This document shows positions 17,121 to 25,589 of a stretch of DNA of 53,402 nt, piece by piece. The DNA is from a virus. Location of the stretch: IMG/VR virus record IMGVR_UViG_3300017782_000022, positions 1-53,402 of that record; one strand, written 5' to 3'. Positions within the stretch are counted from its first letter, which is position 1. Each line of letters starts with the position of its first letter. Below the pieces are notes generated by a model that did no database searches, was not told the DNA's origin, and worked only from the letters and a program-made list of their open reading frames with translations. Made by a program: the position numbers and the translations under genes.

Positions 17121-17417
17121 ATGATAGAGAATACATTACTATTTCTTTATATTAGTTTAGCAGTAGTAGTTACATATTTCATAGTATGGTTAACACGAAA
17201 CCTATTGATAGCAACTCAAGAGCGTGATGAATGGCGAGTATTGGCAGTAAATACGAATACTCAGTTACAAAATCTTGAACAACTAGTATACTGTGAAAAT
17301 AAGATAACAAAGTACCGTGATACTCTGTTACGCCCATTTAGGACGTCCACTCAATTGACTTGGAGTAAATCTATGCAGAGTGGCATAGAATCCACAAACC
17401 GCAACAAAGGAGAATAG
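17121..17417 (+). CDS. Small membrane protein (N-terminal TM plus helical region)
   Basis: 98 aa. N-terminus LLFLYISLAVVVTYFIVWL. AAGGAGG lies upstream of the ATG. Confidence 0.7.
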   Translation: MIENTLLFLYISLAVVVTYFIVWLTRNLLIATQERDEWRVLAVNTNTQLQNLEQLVYCENKITKYRDTLLRPFRTSTQLTWSKSMQSGIESTNRNKGE

Positions 17418-17420
17418 TCT

Positions 17421-17639
17421 ATGGCTAAAGTTTATGCGATATCTTTCCACTCAGGTGGTCAGGTACACGAACTGGAAGCAGATTCCCCCGCTGATATAGC
17501 ATCTGGCTGGGACTTATCTCTGGATAGTGTTGAAATCTTCGTTAATGAAGACAAAGCACAAGTAAGCGCAACCCTCAGAGATGGGGATTACGTTTCTTTC
17601 CAGAAGAATAAAGTCACTTCCGGTAGCTCTAAGGGCTAG
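17421..17639 (+). CDS. Ubiquitin-like beta-grasp protein (ThiS/MoaD-like) ending in Gly
   Basis: 72 aa. C-terminal pattern LRDGDYVSFQKNKVTSGSSKG-stop matches the ThiS/MoaD signature L.DGD.V.......G(G). AAAGGAG lies upstream. Confidence 0.65.
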   Translation: MAKVYAISFHSGGQVHELEADSPADIASGWDLSLDSVEIFVNEDKAQVSATLRDGDYVSFQKNKVTSGSSKG

Positions 17640-17657
17640 GGACTGATTAAGTTCTGT

Positions 17658-17686
17658 TGGGGTCGAATGTATCGGCCCCACTTTTA
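17658..17686 (+). terminator. Hairpin plus T-run between the Ubl and E2-like genes (attenuator/partial terminator)
   Basis: tggggtcg 17658-17665 pairs with cggcccca 17673-17680 (8 bp, one G-U). The loop is aatgtat, followed by cTTTTaa. Confidence 0.45.
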
Positions 17687-17707
17687 ATAACTAACAAAGG
17701 AGGTATC

Positions 17708-19111
17708 ATGAATACCAATTTAAAAAGATGCCTTATGGATTTATTTCCCAGTCTTAAAAGTATGGGAGGTGAAAGTAGGGACATTCAATTTAAACTTATA
17801 TCTGAACATTATGATATTGTAGACTTCAAGAACCTTGGAGACACAAATCATCCATATAGTGAGAAAGATGTAATAAATGAGTATTATTTTTCTCAAAGCT
17901 CACAAACTGTTAACGCACCATATCTTATTGTTAAATATGATAAAGTAGAAATGCGTGGTCGTAGAAAAGTAACATTTGCGCCGCAGTATGCATATATTCA
18001 GTTTGCAGGTACAGGAAATACTCCTATATTAAGAATGTATGAAAATACAGCAGTCGAAACTGGTGAATTTGGTAACAATTTCTCTATGAATCGTATTGAT
18101 GGCTGGGATAGACCTCTACATCCACATATTCAAAATAACAAACCATGTTTAGGTGCGTTTGAGAGTATGTTATATAAAGCATCAATGTCAAATCCGTTAG
18201 AATATTTTGCATTATTATCAAAGTTCTATAGAACATGGAATGTGCAAAGTCCCTTCTGGAATATTAATGACATGAGACCTTTGTATAGTAGAAGAGATGA
18301 AAATGGTGATAGAAAAAGACTACTAACTTCATTTGAACATGAAAGGTTAAAGCAGGTTGGTATTTCAGTGTTAACATTGCAAAAATACCTACCAACTATA
18401 GACATATCTAAGCTTCATTTATCAAGACTAAGTTATCCTTTAAGGGTTATGGACAGAATTGAAAGGACTTGGAATGATATGTTTTATGGTAATTTAACTC
18501 AAGAGTTCTTTTTAAGAGCTAGGCGTATATCTGCTTTTACAGATATTTGGTCTAGTGTTTACTCTAATATGAGAAAACTTGCTCGTCTTAATTATGTTTA
18601 TTACAAACAAACTGCTCCTGATGTAACAAAGTTAGAAGCAATGGTAGAGGGAGCAACGCTTTTCTTTGATATGGGCTTATGCGAAAAGGTAAAAAGCAAC
18701 TGGGATGAATCAATAGAAGAAAACGGTCAAGAGATATTTGAAGCATTAATAAATATGTCTCCTGATAGACTTTTAGATGCTGATGAAAGTTCAGATTACA
18801 GAAGAGAGCTCTTATTTAGTAATGACTTAATTAACTATTGGATGTTGTCTGATATGGAATGTGCTGAAATGTTATCAAGCTCTATACCGTATTGGAAAAG
18901 AGCTGGTAATGCGTTCAAAGAACCAGATGGAGAAATGCAAAGGTTTTGGCCCGAAGAGTTCGTAGAGTTAGATAAACATAATCAATACGAAAGTGGCAAA
19001 ATTGCAATAACTAAACTAGAAAAACAAAAGGAGAAAATAGCTAATGAAATTAGACATCTCGACAAAAACTCAGTCGAAAATTCAATACTTCAACAGCAGA
19101 TTCAGTTCTAA
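17708..19111 (+). CDS. E2 (UBC)-like protein with a long C-terminal extension
   Basis: LHPHIQNNKPCLGAFES (His at 18119-18121, Cys at 18146-18148) resembles the UBC HPN...C-L active-site flap. ATG 17708 has AAAGGAGG upstream. The track start at 17657 is TTG inside the hairpin. Confidence 0.5.
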   Translation: MNTNLKRCLMDLFPSLKSMGGESRDIQFKLISEHYDIVDFKNLGDTNHPYSEKDVINEYYFSQSSQTVNAPYLIVKYDKVEMRGRRKVTFAPQYAYIQFAGTGNTPILRMYENTAVETGEFGNNFSMNRIDGWDRPLHPHIQNNKPCLGAFESMLYKASMSNPLEYFALLSKFYRTWNVQSPFWNINDMRPLYSRRDENGDRKRLLTSFEHERLKQVGISVLTLQKYLPTIDISKLHLSRLSYPLRVMDRIERTWNDMFYGNLTQEFFLRARRISAFTDIWSSVYSNMRKLARLNYVYYKQTAPDVTKLEAMVEGATLFFDMGLCEKVKSNWDESIEENGQEIFEALINMSPDRLLDADESSDYRRELLFSNDLINYWMLSDMECAEMLSSSIPYWKRAGNAFKEPDGEMQRFWPEEFVELDKHNQYESGKIAITKLEKQKEKIANEIRHLDKNSVENSILQQQIQF

Positions 19112-19886
19112 AGAATGGTCTGGGCCTGCGTGGTATCGTTTATCGGCTGACAAGAATGGGTTTCCGGACAAGTTTGTCTTGGAACACTTTCATCCATTAG
19201 ACTTAGGTCATGGAACAGCAACAGAATGGGAAGCTAAAGACCTTGCAAAGGTGTTAAGAAGCACATATCAAACAATGCCAAAGTTAAAGGATTGTTATAT
19301 GGGCTTAATTCACAGTCATCATAGCATGGGTGCTTTCTTTTCAGGAACAGATACAAAAACCTTAGAAGAAATGGCACCTGATAAAGGTTTCTATTGTAGC
19401 TTAGTTGTAGCTACAGCTAAAGACCCTTTTGCTTTTGCATTTGCGTATAAAGACCAGTATGGTCAACCTCAAGTGTATGAAGCAGACTCAGACGATATAA
19501 TGACAGAAACACCAACAGCTAGTAAAGCATGGATAGCAATTGCAGACGGCATAGAGAAAAATGCTGCTCCTATAAATAACTATGCTATAGGAGCTGGTGG
19601 TCAGATATCAATGATGGGTGGTGGTTGGAACAGTCCTCAAAAATACTACAATAAAATCACTGATATTGAAAAAGCTGGTAATCCAGAATTTCGTAAATCA
19701 CATGATTATACTGAAGAGGAATGTACTGCTGTTGAGTCTATGGTTAAGGACTTAGAAGACGGTAAGATTAACTGGCTAGAGTTCCAAGAACAAATGGAAT
19801 TACAAAAGCTAGATGCATATGAATATTATGATAGAGTTCCAGATGATTATGCAGGTTACCAAGGATGGAGTGGCTATGGATACTAA
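19044..19886 (+). CDS. JAB/JAMM (MPN+) metalloisopeptidase
   Basis: Exact JAMM motif HSHHSMGAFFSGTD (HxHx7Sx2D, 19311-19352) with an upstream Glu (KEWSG). AAAGGAG precedes the ATG. It overlaps the E2-like ORF by 68 nt. Confidence 0.8.
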   Translation: MKLDISTKTQSKIQYFNSRFSSKEWSGPAWYRLSADKNGFPDKFVLEHFHPLDLGHGTATEWEAKDLAKVLRSTYQTMPKLKDCYMGLIHSHHSMGAFFSGTDTKTLEEMAPDKGFYCSLVVATAKDPFAFAFAYKDQYGQPQVYEADSDDIMTETPTASKAWIAIADGIEKNAAPINNYAIGAGGQISMMGGGWNSPQKYYNKITDIEKAGNPEFRKSHDYTEEECTAVESMVKDLEDGKINWLEFQEQMELQKLDAYEYYDRVPDDYAGYQGWSGYGY

Positions 19887-20553
19887 GTTCTTAAGAAACA
19901 AGGACTTAATTGACCAAAGTAAGTTGGATGAATTAACTATTGTAGGCTTGGGTGGCATCGGTTCTGCTGTTGTCACCCTAGCTAGTGCAATGGGATTTAA
20001 CAAGATAATAGGTTATGATGATGATACTTTAGAAGAGCATAACCTTTCAACTTGTATGTATTCTCATGAGTTTCTTCATAAAACAAAAGCTTACGCCGCT
20101 CAACAGACTGCTTTGCGTCACGGATGTCCTGATGTAATAATGGATGAAGCTAGATGGACTCTTGGTTCTGATTTACCTTTATCAAATAAAGTAATAATGG
20201 GCCCAGATAACATGGATGCTCGTATGGATATTTATCGTGGATGGAAAGATAACCCTGACAGAGAATGGCTTATAGACCTGCGTATGGGTGCTTTAGCTAT
20301 GGAAATAATAACAGTCACACCAGAAAACGATAACTTTTTAGATACTTGGATTCCACAGGGCGACAGTCCAGTAGAACCATGTACTGCTAAACATACTATT
20401 TTTACCGCATCAATGGTAGCAAGTATGGGTTTAAACCAAGTGTTAATGCTTGACAAAAAACCATACTATCAGTATATTTGGATTGGTCTTTTGCCTCTTT
20501 CAGTAACTAAAGAGAACCTCATTAGACCTAATGTAAAACAGGAGAGACAATAA
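19876..20553 (+). CDS. E1-like adenylating enzyme (ThiF/MoeB/UBA family), minimal 225 aa
   Basis: Rossmann loop IVGLGGIGS (19945-19962), DDDTLEEHNLS, GPDNMDAR, and a candidate catalytic Cys in VEPCTAKH (20380-20382). ATG 19876 has GGATGGAG upstream. The track start at 19813 is less likely. Confidence 0.8.
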   Translation: MDTKFLRNKDLIDQSKLDELTIVGLGGIGSAVVTLASAMGFNKIIGYDDDTLEEHNLSTCMYSHEFLHKTKAYAAQQTALRHGCPDVIMDEARWTLGSDLPLSNKVIMGPDNMDARMDIYRGWKDNPDREWLIDLRMGALAMEIITVTPENDNFLDTWIPQGDSPVEPCTAKHTIFTASMVASMGLNQVLMLDKKPYYQYIWIGLLPLSVTKENLIRPNVKQERQ

Positions 20554-20555
20554 CA

Positions 20556-21422
20556 ATGGAACTAAATATCCGTAAAGTATCTACGGACTGGGAAGAGATG
20601 CCTACTGGTCTGACTTATATGATAATAGGTCAACCTAAGACTGGTAAGACAACTGCAACTAGTTCGTGGAGCCCTAAGGGTCAAGAGGGCGTGTTGATGT
20701 TAGACACAGACCTTGGCTCAGACTTCGTAGATGGAGCAAACACTGTAACTATCACTTCTTTAAATGCACCTGTCAGAGAGAAAACAATCGATGGCAAAGT
20801 AGTTAAAGAAAATGGTAAACCAGTGTTGGAGGTGATTCCTCCTATAGAGCGTGGTCACTGCATCCGTAGTGGCAAAAACAAAGGTGAGCCCTTAGAGACA
20901 TACAGTATGATTGAGGTATATCTATATCTTAAAGACAACTGGGACAAATTACCTTATGACACTATAGTAATTGACACACTAGGTCAAGTCAATCGTTGGA
21001 TTGAAGACGTAGTAACTCAAGAACTAGGCATTAGTGAAATGGGTGAGGGTCAATGGGGTGCTGACTGGGGCAAAGCTCGTAAAAAACATCTAGACGTTGT
21101 AAAGCGATTCCAAGAACTTGTAAAGCAAAAAGGTGCAAACCTAGTGCTTGTAGTTCACAGTAAGACCAGTACTCTTACCGATGGCAAAGTTCAACTTATG
21201 CCGGAATTGCCTCGTGGTTTGGCTTATGGTTTAACTGCATCAGCTGATGTTATCGGCTATACAACAGCTTCAAAAGATGATGAAAAGTATTACATATCCT
21301 TTTTATCTTACGATGAACGTACTGTTGGCAGTAGACTAAGGCCATTAGCACAAAAGACGTTGCCTTTTAACTATAAAGCGATAGAAAATGAAGTTTTATC
21401 GTTCAAACCAGATAAGGAGTAG
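20556..21422 (+). CDS. RecA-superfamily ATPase (phage AAA_24/Sak4-like recombination ATPase)
   Basis: Walker A IIGQPKTGKTT and Walker B IVIDTLGQ. 288 aa. Sits in the replication/recombination module. Confidence 0.6.
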   Translation: MELNIRKVSTDWEEMPTGLTYMIIGQPKTGKTTATSSWSPKGQEGVLMLDTDLGSDFVDGANTVTITSLNAPVREKTIDGKVVKENGKPVLEVIPPIERGHCIRSGKNKGEPLETYSMIEVYLYLKDNWDKLPYDTIVIDTLGQVNRWIEDVVTQELGISEMGEGQWGADWGKARKKHLDVVKRFQELVKQKGANLVLVVHSKTSTLTDGKVQLMPELPRGLAYGLTASADVIGYTTASKDDEKYYISFLSYDERTVGSRLRPLAQKTLPFNYKAIENEVLSFKPDKE

Positions 21423-21424
21423 CG

Positions 21425-22036
21425 ATGGCTATATTCAGACCACAAGCCGCTAATGGGAGCGGTAATTACCTAGGTTATCAAGCGTGTGGAATAGAAGGCT
21501 TTGAAGACAAATCAGATAGATTTGACTGGGCCGATGTTTACATAACTGTTAATCTAAAAATGGAAAATAGTCAATACATCCAGCCTATGCAAATAAGCGG
21601 AAGTTTTGACAGAGACACAGATAACACAATTAAGGATTGCACATTGCTAAGGCGATTGTATTACTTATTTGATGCTCTAGGGTTTCAAGGCGGCGTAACT
21701 AAAGAAGGTAACTTTGAAGATGCAGATGGCAAAGCTATCGATGACATCGTAAGTTATCTTGATGAAGTTTACGCACCCTCATTTCCATCAGAACCGTCAA
21801 TGGATTACATGGCGTATCTATACAAAGAGTTAAACAAGAAAGATGGTAAGGTCTATACAAGGGTCGTACCTAAGCTTGTCCGTAACACTGCTTCTGAAAA
21901 GAAGGACTTTGAAGGATACATTAACTTTTGCATTAGCAAAGGTGTCATTGTAGAAGCTGACAATGCAACTACACCAACAACACCGGGCTCCGCATCCCCT
22001 AATGTTGGTGGAACTACCCAAACCTCCTCTTTCTAA
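21425..22036 (+). CDS. Hypothetical replication-module protein (possible ssDNA-binding role by position only)
   Basis: 203-aa ORF between the ATPase and the primase-helicase. Flexible Thr/Pro/Gly tail ending in Phe. No motif verified. Confidence 0.6.
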   Translation: MAIFRPQAANGSGNYLGYQACGIEGFEDKSDRFDWADVYITVNLKMENSQYIQPMQISGSFDRDTDNTIKDCTLLRRLYYLFDALGFQGGVTKEGNFEDADGKAIDDIVSYLDEVYAPSFPSEPSMDYMAYLYKELNKKDGKVYTRVVPKLVRNTASEKKDFEGYINFCISKGVIVEADNATTPTTPGSASPNVGGTTQTSSF

Positions 22037-22069
22037 GAGTTAGTAATTGCACTGGGTAGAAGTAGCAGT

Positions 22070-22097
22070 GGGGAGTCCTCGTAACAGGGGACTCCTC
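22070..22097 (+). promoter_or_regulatory. Stable intergenic hairpin upstream of the primase-helicase gene
   Basis: 11-bp stem pairing 22070-22080 with 22087-22097. The core is ggagtcc/ggactcc plus G-U and G-C extensions. The loop is gtaaca. No U-tract follows. Confidence 0.4.
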
Positions 22098-22112
22098 ATC
22101 CCTATAGAGGAA

Positions 22113-23885
22113 ATGCACCTCTATATATTAGACGAAGGTAAAGATAAACCTGTATATCGTAGTATGTATTTTTACGATGAAGAGGGCAAGCAATATGTAA
22201 GTCAAAATGGTACGCTAAAGAATTACTTTGGTATAAGATACATTGACGAAGTATTAATTGACATCGACAAAGGACAAAATACAGATGACTATACTCTTAA
22301 ATTAGCACAAAGCATCCTATATGAGTTGGAACAACTAAATACTCCGGGAGGAGCAATACAACCATATTTTAGTGGAACTGGTTATCATATTTCATTAACA
22401 AATGAATTATTTAACTTTCCTGCTAGTAAAGACCTGCCGTTTATAGTTAAAAATACTATGACGCAAATGTTAGAAGGTCTTGATGCAAGTGTTTATCAAA
22501 GAACAGGTATATACCGCCTTCCACATACACTCAATGAAAAGAGAGGCTTGTATAAAATCCCACTAGATATCAAGGAAATAAAAGAACTTACTGCAAAAGA
22601 TATATTACATCTTGCAAAAGGTCAAAGATATGACTTTGAATATCCAGATTTATGGGCTGATGGTGAATTAGAAGAACAAGTAATCACTGAAGTTCCACAA
22701 ATCAGGGCTTTAAAAACAGTTGCAGAGCCTAAGAATATAGTACCATGTGTACAGCAAATGTATTCTGAGGGCCCACAACAAGGAAATAGGAATAATACTA
22801 TTCTTAGAATAGCTTCTCACTTTCGTAGAAACGGTATTCCATCAGATGCAACCAAAGCATCTTTAATGTATTGGAATGATAATCAGTTGGAAGACACCGT
22901 TATACACGAAAAAGTTGAGGCAGTTTACAATGCTGGCTATAAGTACAGTTGTAATGACTCGCTTATGAAAGAGTATTGTAAACCTCATTGTGTTCATTAT
23001 AACAGGAAAGATTATCTTGTTGATGTTCACACATCCGAAGACTTACATGAAGAGTTGCGTGACAGATTAACTTCTGACTTTTCAGGTAAAGTAATTGACT
23101 TAGCTAGGAATCTTGGTATCAACAGAGATTGTATGATATATCCCGGTGAGTTAGTAACTGTTTTCGGTAGTACAGGTGCAAATAAAACTACTTTAGCACA
23201 TAATCTTGTTCTTGGATACGATGCCAAAACAGATATGATTAGGCCAGAGTGGCAAGTACCAACACTATATTTAAGTTTAGAACTTAGTGGCTGGTATATG
23301 CATCGAAGAAGTCTTCAGATAATTAGCGGAAAAAGCAAAGACTATGTAAATGAAAACTATGAAACGTTGTATAAACATCATAGAGATTTACTAAGTCATA
23401 TTGTTTTTCAGACAATATCTCCAACGGTTGAACAAATCAAGGAGAAGATTAAAGAACTTAATCCATCAGTCGTAGTCGTTGATTATATTGACCTTAGCGA
23501 ACCACCGAGAGGTGTAAGAGGAGAATATGAGGCCATTAGGTACATATCTCATCAGTTGTCAAGTCTAGCAGTTAATTATGATTGTATCATAATGCAAGTC
23601 TCTCAAGTTTCAAGACAGTATAGTAGAGATGATGTTTTAGATTTGTATGCTGGCAAAGGTTCTGGAGCAATAGAAAATGCTTCTCGTAAAGTTATAGGTA
23701 TTGAAGGCCAAGCCGACAATACTACCAAGCGAGTTAGCTTATTTAAAAACTCAGATGGTGATTTATTCGACAATGTTGAATTAGAATGGACACCATCATT
23801 CAGATTAAGGAGAAAAGACTATGCACCAACGCCTGATAGTCGTGTCGTCACACGACAACACCGAGGGGGACATTCAATCCCTTGA
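22113..23885 (+). CDS. Primase-helicase fusion: AEP (prim-pol) N-domain plus DnaB/RecA-type helicase C-domain
   Basis: AEP motifs VLIDIDKG, SGTGYHIS and YRLPHTLNEKRG. Helicase Walker A GSTGANKTT and Walker B VVVVDYIDL. The start is uncertain: ATG 22113 follows the hairpin, while the track TTG 22047 precedes it. Confidence 0.8.
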   Translation: MHLYILDEGKDKPVYRSMYFYDEEGKQYVSQNGTLKNYFGIRYIDEVLIDIDKGQNTDDYTLKLAQSILYELEQLNTPGGAIQPYFSGTGYHISLTNELFNFPASKDLPFIVKNTMTQMLEGLDASVYQRTGIYRLPHTLNEKRGLYKIPLDIKEIKELTAKDILHLAKGQRYDFEYPDLWADGELEEQVITEVPQIRALKTVAEPKNIVPCVQQMYSEGPQQGNRNNTILRIASHFRRNGIPSDATKASLMYWNDNQLEDTVIHEKVEAVYNAGYKYSCNDSLMKEYCKPHCVHYNRKDYLVDVHTSEDLHEELRDRLTSDFSGKVIDLARNLGINRDCMIYPGELVTVFGSTGANKTTLAHNLVLGYDAKTDMIRPEWQVPTLYLSLELSGWYMHRRSLQIISGKSKDYVNENYETLYKHHRDLLSHIVFQTISPTVEQIKEKIKELNPSVVVVDYIDLSEPPRGVRGEYEAIRYISHQLSSLAVNYDCIIMQVSQVSRQYSRDDVLDLYAGKGSGAIENASRKVIGIEGQADNTTKRVSLFKNSDGDLFDNVELEWTPSFRLRRKDYAPTPDSRVVTRQHRGGHSIP

Positions 23886-24480
23886 CGTTTCAAACATAGT
23901 ATCTGATACCCTAACAGAAGAAGGATTTGCTAATCAAGATGGCCGCTGGAATTATGGCCCTGCTGATTGGTTCCTTGTTGGAGGTAGATGGTCAGGAGAA
24001 CTGGCTAAAATAGAAGCTGGTTTAACTTGGAGAGACCTAGTAAATCATCTTGACTCTTGTTTAACAGAAGAAGAAAAGAAAAATCACAACAGTGACTTTA
24101 TTAATTCTGAGCACATAAAATCTCATAAGAAAGAGTTAGATATTTGGTGGCAGAAGAAAACTAAGTCTAAAAGCTTACATCCTTGGAATAGAAGCTCATA
24201 TAATGGTGGGTACTCAGATGATAGTGTACGATTAAACCAAAAGTTGTGGGATTACTTTAACAACCCAGATGACAAAGATAACTTATTTTCATCTCAAGCT
24301 GAAGACTCTTTTATTGTGATATGCAGATGGCAAGATGGAGAAATAAATTACGATGATGACACAACATGGGAAAATCTAAAAGGAAAGTGGGAAAGCACTA
24401 ATCCGGATGACTTTTTAGATGAAAGTAAGCTAAATCCAAAAGATGATGTATGGTTAACAGTAATAGACTACCATAACTAA
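23821..24480 (+). CDS. Hypothetical protein
   Basis: 219-aa ORF. AAGGAG lies 8 nt upstream of the ATG. It overlaps the primase-helicase 3' end by 65 nt. Confidence 0.7.
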   Translation: MHQRLIVVSSHDNTEGDIQSLDVSNIVSDTLTEEGFANQDGRWNYGPADWFLVGGRWSGELAKIEAGLTWRDLVNHLDSCLTEEEKKNHNSDFINSEHIKSHKKELDIWWQKKTKSKSLHPWNRSSYNGGYSDDSVRLNQKLWDYFNNPDDKDNLFSSQAEDSFIVICRWQDGEINYDDDTTWENLKGKWESTNPDDFLDESKLNPKDDVWLTVIDYHN

Positions 24481-25025
24481 TGGCTATTACTACAAAAGAG
24501 CTAATAGGAGAACTTATCGACACAGAGTTAAATCTAATGTTAGAAGAAGACCCTGAAGAAAAGAAAGTTATTCAAACTCAATTAGCCAACATACACACTC
24601 AAATAAAAAGTAAAGTAGAAAAGTTAGATTACTTTTTAATACAAGTAAACAAGAAAGAAGGGTTAATAGATGCCGAAATAGAAGTATATAAAGATGAAAT
24701 AGAGAGACTAAAAAACCGTAAAAAAGCGGCGGAAAAGACGAAGAGTTTCTTCAATTCTGTTTTGTTACCTATGGTAATAGAAGAAGTGGGAGATAGTAAT
24801 GGCGTATGGCAGACAGACACTGCAAGGTACAAATTGTACGAAACATACGGCCCGTTAATAATCGAAGATACAGAAGCACTAGATAGCAAGTATAAAAATG
24901 TCGAGATTACAGAAAAGATTGACAAAAAACTTGCAAGAGCTGATGCTATGTCTGCTCATAAATCAGGGGAAGAACTTCCTGCTGGTATGAGTTTGTATAA
25001 AATAAAAAGAGTAAGGAGGTCATAA
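24480..25025 (+). CDS. Coiled-coil protein (possibly Gp157-like recombination-module protein)
   Basis: 181-aa charged helical ORF, TAATG-coupled. The family assignment comes from memory of sequence style only. Confidence 0.65.
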   Translation: MAITTKELIGELIDTELNLMLEEDPEEKKVIQTQLANIHTQIKSKVEKLDYFLIQVNKKEGLIDAEIEVYKDEIERLKNRKKAAEKTKSFFNSVLLPMVIEEVGDSNGVWQTDTARYKLYETYGPLIIEDTEALDSKYKNVEITEKIDKKLARADAMSAHKSGEELPAGMSLYKIKRVRRS

Positions 25026-25252
25026 TGGCTACAACTAATGGAGCGAGACCAAGTAGAGGAAAGTCACAAAAAACATATGTCTTGGAGGCTTTGCAAAAAG
25101 GTGCTAAAATAACACCTATAACAGCATTGAACTCTTGGGGAATTATGCGTTTAGCGGCTATAATTTGTACATTAAATAAAGAGGGGTATCAAATTGATAC
25201 TAAAATGGTTAAAGGACGGACTGGAAACAAGTTCGCCCAATACTCTTTATAA
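25025..25252 (+). CDS. Small winged-helix DNA-binding protein
   Basis: 75 aa. ITPITALNSWGIMRLAAIICTLNKEGYQI resembles the phage wHTH pattern (..rLaaRI.eLr..Gy.I). Confidence 0.6.
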   Translation: MATTNGARPSRGKSQKTYVLEALQKGAKITPITALNSWGIMRLAAIICTLNKEGYQIDTKMVKGRTGNKFAQYSL

Positions 25253-25262
25253 TAATAGTATA

Positions 25263-25586
25263 ATGACACTAAGCCCCTATCGTATAGAGGCAGGTATGTT
25301 TGCATTTGATGACCCTGTAACTGGGTTATTTAGAGAACCATTTATTGGTGGTGCAAACTATCATCTCGACAGATTCGCTAAAAGCGGAAACTCATGTGTT
25401 ATATCATTTTCAGCAAATAAAATACCTGATTATGATGTAAAACTAAAGTTGCAAGATACAGACAAAAATGAAGGTAGTAACTATATTGACGAAGACAATC
25501 GTAATATTTGGTTATGTCCCGCATTCTTTAAGTATTTTGAAAAAGCGCCAAAAGAGTTCTATGTTAAGGATATGACAACAACATAA
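25263..25586 (+). CDS. Hypothetical protein
   Basis: Internal ATG (MTLSPYRIEAG...) of track ORF 25194..25586. The longer form would overlap the wHTH gene by 59 nt. Confidence 0.6.
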   Translation: MTLSPYRIEAGMFAFDDPVTGLFREPFIGGANYHLDRFAKSGNSCVISFSANKIPDYDVKLKLQDTDKNEGSNYIDEDNRNIWLCPAFFKYFEKAPKEFYVKDMTTT

Positions 25587-25589
25587 ACT

